DNA from: Nitrospira sp.
GTDB taxonomy: Bacteria; Nitrospirota; Nitrospiria; Nitrospirales; Nitrospiraceae
Length of the DNA: 64,000 nucleotides
Reading direction: 5' to 3'
NCBI GenBank assembly: GCA_035761895.1
Contig: DASTQE010000298.1
Location: forward strand, 1,110 to 65,109
Shown here: in pieces, positions 63,158 to 64,000 of the stretch
Layout of the letters: each line of letters begins with the position of its first letter
Position numbering within the stretch: position 1 is the stretch's first letter
Position numbers and translations under genes: made by a program
The notes under the pieces: model-generated
Seen by the model: only the letters and a program-made list of their open reading frames with translations
Databases searched by the model: none
Told to the model about the DNA's origin: nothing

Positions 63158-64000
63158 TCAAGGCTCCACCGTCACATCTACGAAGACCGGCATGCTGTCC
63201 GCCCCTTTCTTGTCTGTCACTCTCAGCCTGAAGCGGAAGAGTTTAGGCTCTGAGACGAACGGCGCGAGGAACGAGGCCTTCGGCATATTGAGATCCAAGA
63301 GCGGCACTTTGGCTCCGCGGACCTGGCTCCAAGTATAAAAGAGCGCTTCGCCTTCGGGGTCCCGGCTGCCCAACCCGTTGAGCTCAACCTTGGCGCCCGA
63401 TTTCACGGTGCGATCGGCCCCCGCCACGGCCACCGGCGGCTCGTTGGGCTCATCGCCGACGGCGACGTGCACGTCCAGCGACGCCTCTTTCCCGCGGTTC
63501 TTCACGGTCAGCACGGTTTTCCCATTTCCGACGATCTTGAGCATGCCGTCCGGCAACACCTCGATCACCTTGTCGTTGGAGGAATGGTAGCTGGTCCCGC
63601 TGGACGGAGCCGTGAGAGGCCTGGACACACCGTCCGCGAAATCACCGACGACGGGAAGCTCGAAGATTTTGCCCAGGACGTCCACCTGGCCATACGTGGC
63701 CAATTGACCCTCTCGTCCGAGCAGCAACGGTTTGTCCGTTTCGAAATCGATGTGCTGAAGCTCGGCTTTTGGTTCGGCATTGACCACGATCTCATCGAAG
63801 ACGGTTCTCGTTCCGAGCCGGCCTCGCGAGATGTCCGCCACCGCGAGAAGTCGCATAGGCCCGATGGCCTCCGGTGGAACCTTGAGCGGACCACCAAAGG
63901 CGGGATCCATGTCTCCTGTTGAGACGAGCACCGGCAAGGAGACAACGGAGCCGCCCACGACGCTGTCTTTTTGAAGGAACTTGTCCACCGAGACCTTGGC
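63158..64000 (-). CDS. Ig-like/PKD-domain surface protein, 5' end beyond the window
   Basis: Frame open to the window end; BIG2-like (YHSSNDKVIEV.PDG...GNGKTVLTV), PKD (NEPPVAVAG...LNG..S.DPEG..L.YTWSQ...FRLRVTD). Confidence 0.78.
   Translation of the reverse strand, partial: AKVSVDKFLQKDSVVGGSVVSLPVLVSTGDMDPAFGGPLKVPPEAIGPMRLLAVADISRGRLGTRTVFDEIVVNAEPKAELQHIDFETDKPLLLGREGQLATYGQVDVLGKIFELPVVGDFADGVSRPLTAPSSGTSYHSSNDKVIEVLPDGMLKIVGNGKTVLTVKNRGKEASLDVHVAVGDEPNEPPVAVAGADRTVKSGAKVELNGLGSRDPEGEALFYTWSQVRGAKVPLLDLNMPKASFLAPFVSEPKLFRFRLRVTDKKGADSMPVFVDVTVEP

Overview
A GC-rich bacterial chromosomal segment. Gene content and architecture (Tol-Pal with two CpoB copies, DUF5069, many cytochromes c, PAS/HisKA_3/REC hybrid, RRM protein) suggest a Nitrospira-like organism; that is an inference, not a database result. 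I found no rRNA, CRISPR array, transposase or prophage. Core genes: end of gltD, trpS, xerD, tRNA-Val(TAC), tRNA-Asp(GTC), tolQRAB-pal-cpoB-cpoB, mutL-miaA-mtnP-pfkB-TPR-rodZ, degP, tatC-mrp-moeA-mobB, rqcH-like NFACT, acyP-sigma70(RpoS-like)-apt-dksA-queC. The most interesting accessory signals are: (1) an orphan HExxH/PWRxxxRP (alphaKG-HExxH-type) peptide-modifying enzyme with no radical SAM or precursor gene nearby; (2) a tatC-mrp-moeA-mobB-hexaheme NapC/NrfH-like cytochrome-ABC-2 run that looks like a maturation/electron-transfer module for a Tat-exported Mo/Fe-S enzyme; (3) a carbamoyltransferase, GT-C-like membrane protein and polyprenyl-phosphate sugar synthase cluster; (4) a lipoprotein pseudo-caspase lacking both catalytic residues; (5) a 54-aa Cys-rich microprotein missed by the ORF track; (6) five genes whose -10 box sits 6-8 nt from the ATG, suggesting leaderless mRNAs. 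All product calls come from motif recognition by eye; no searches were run.
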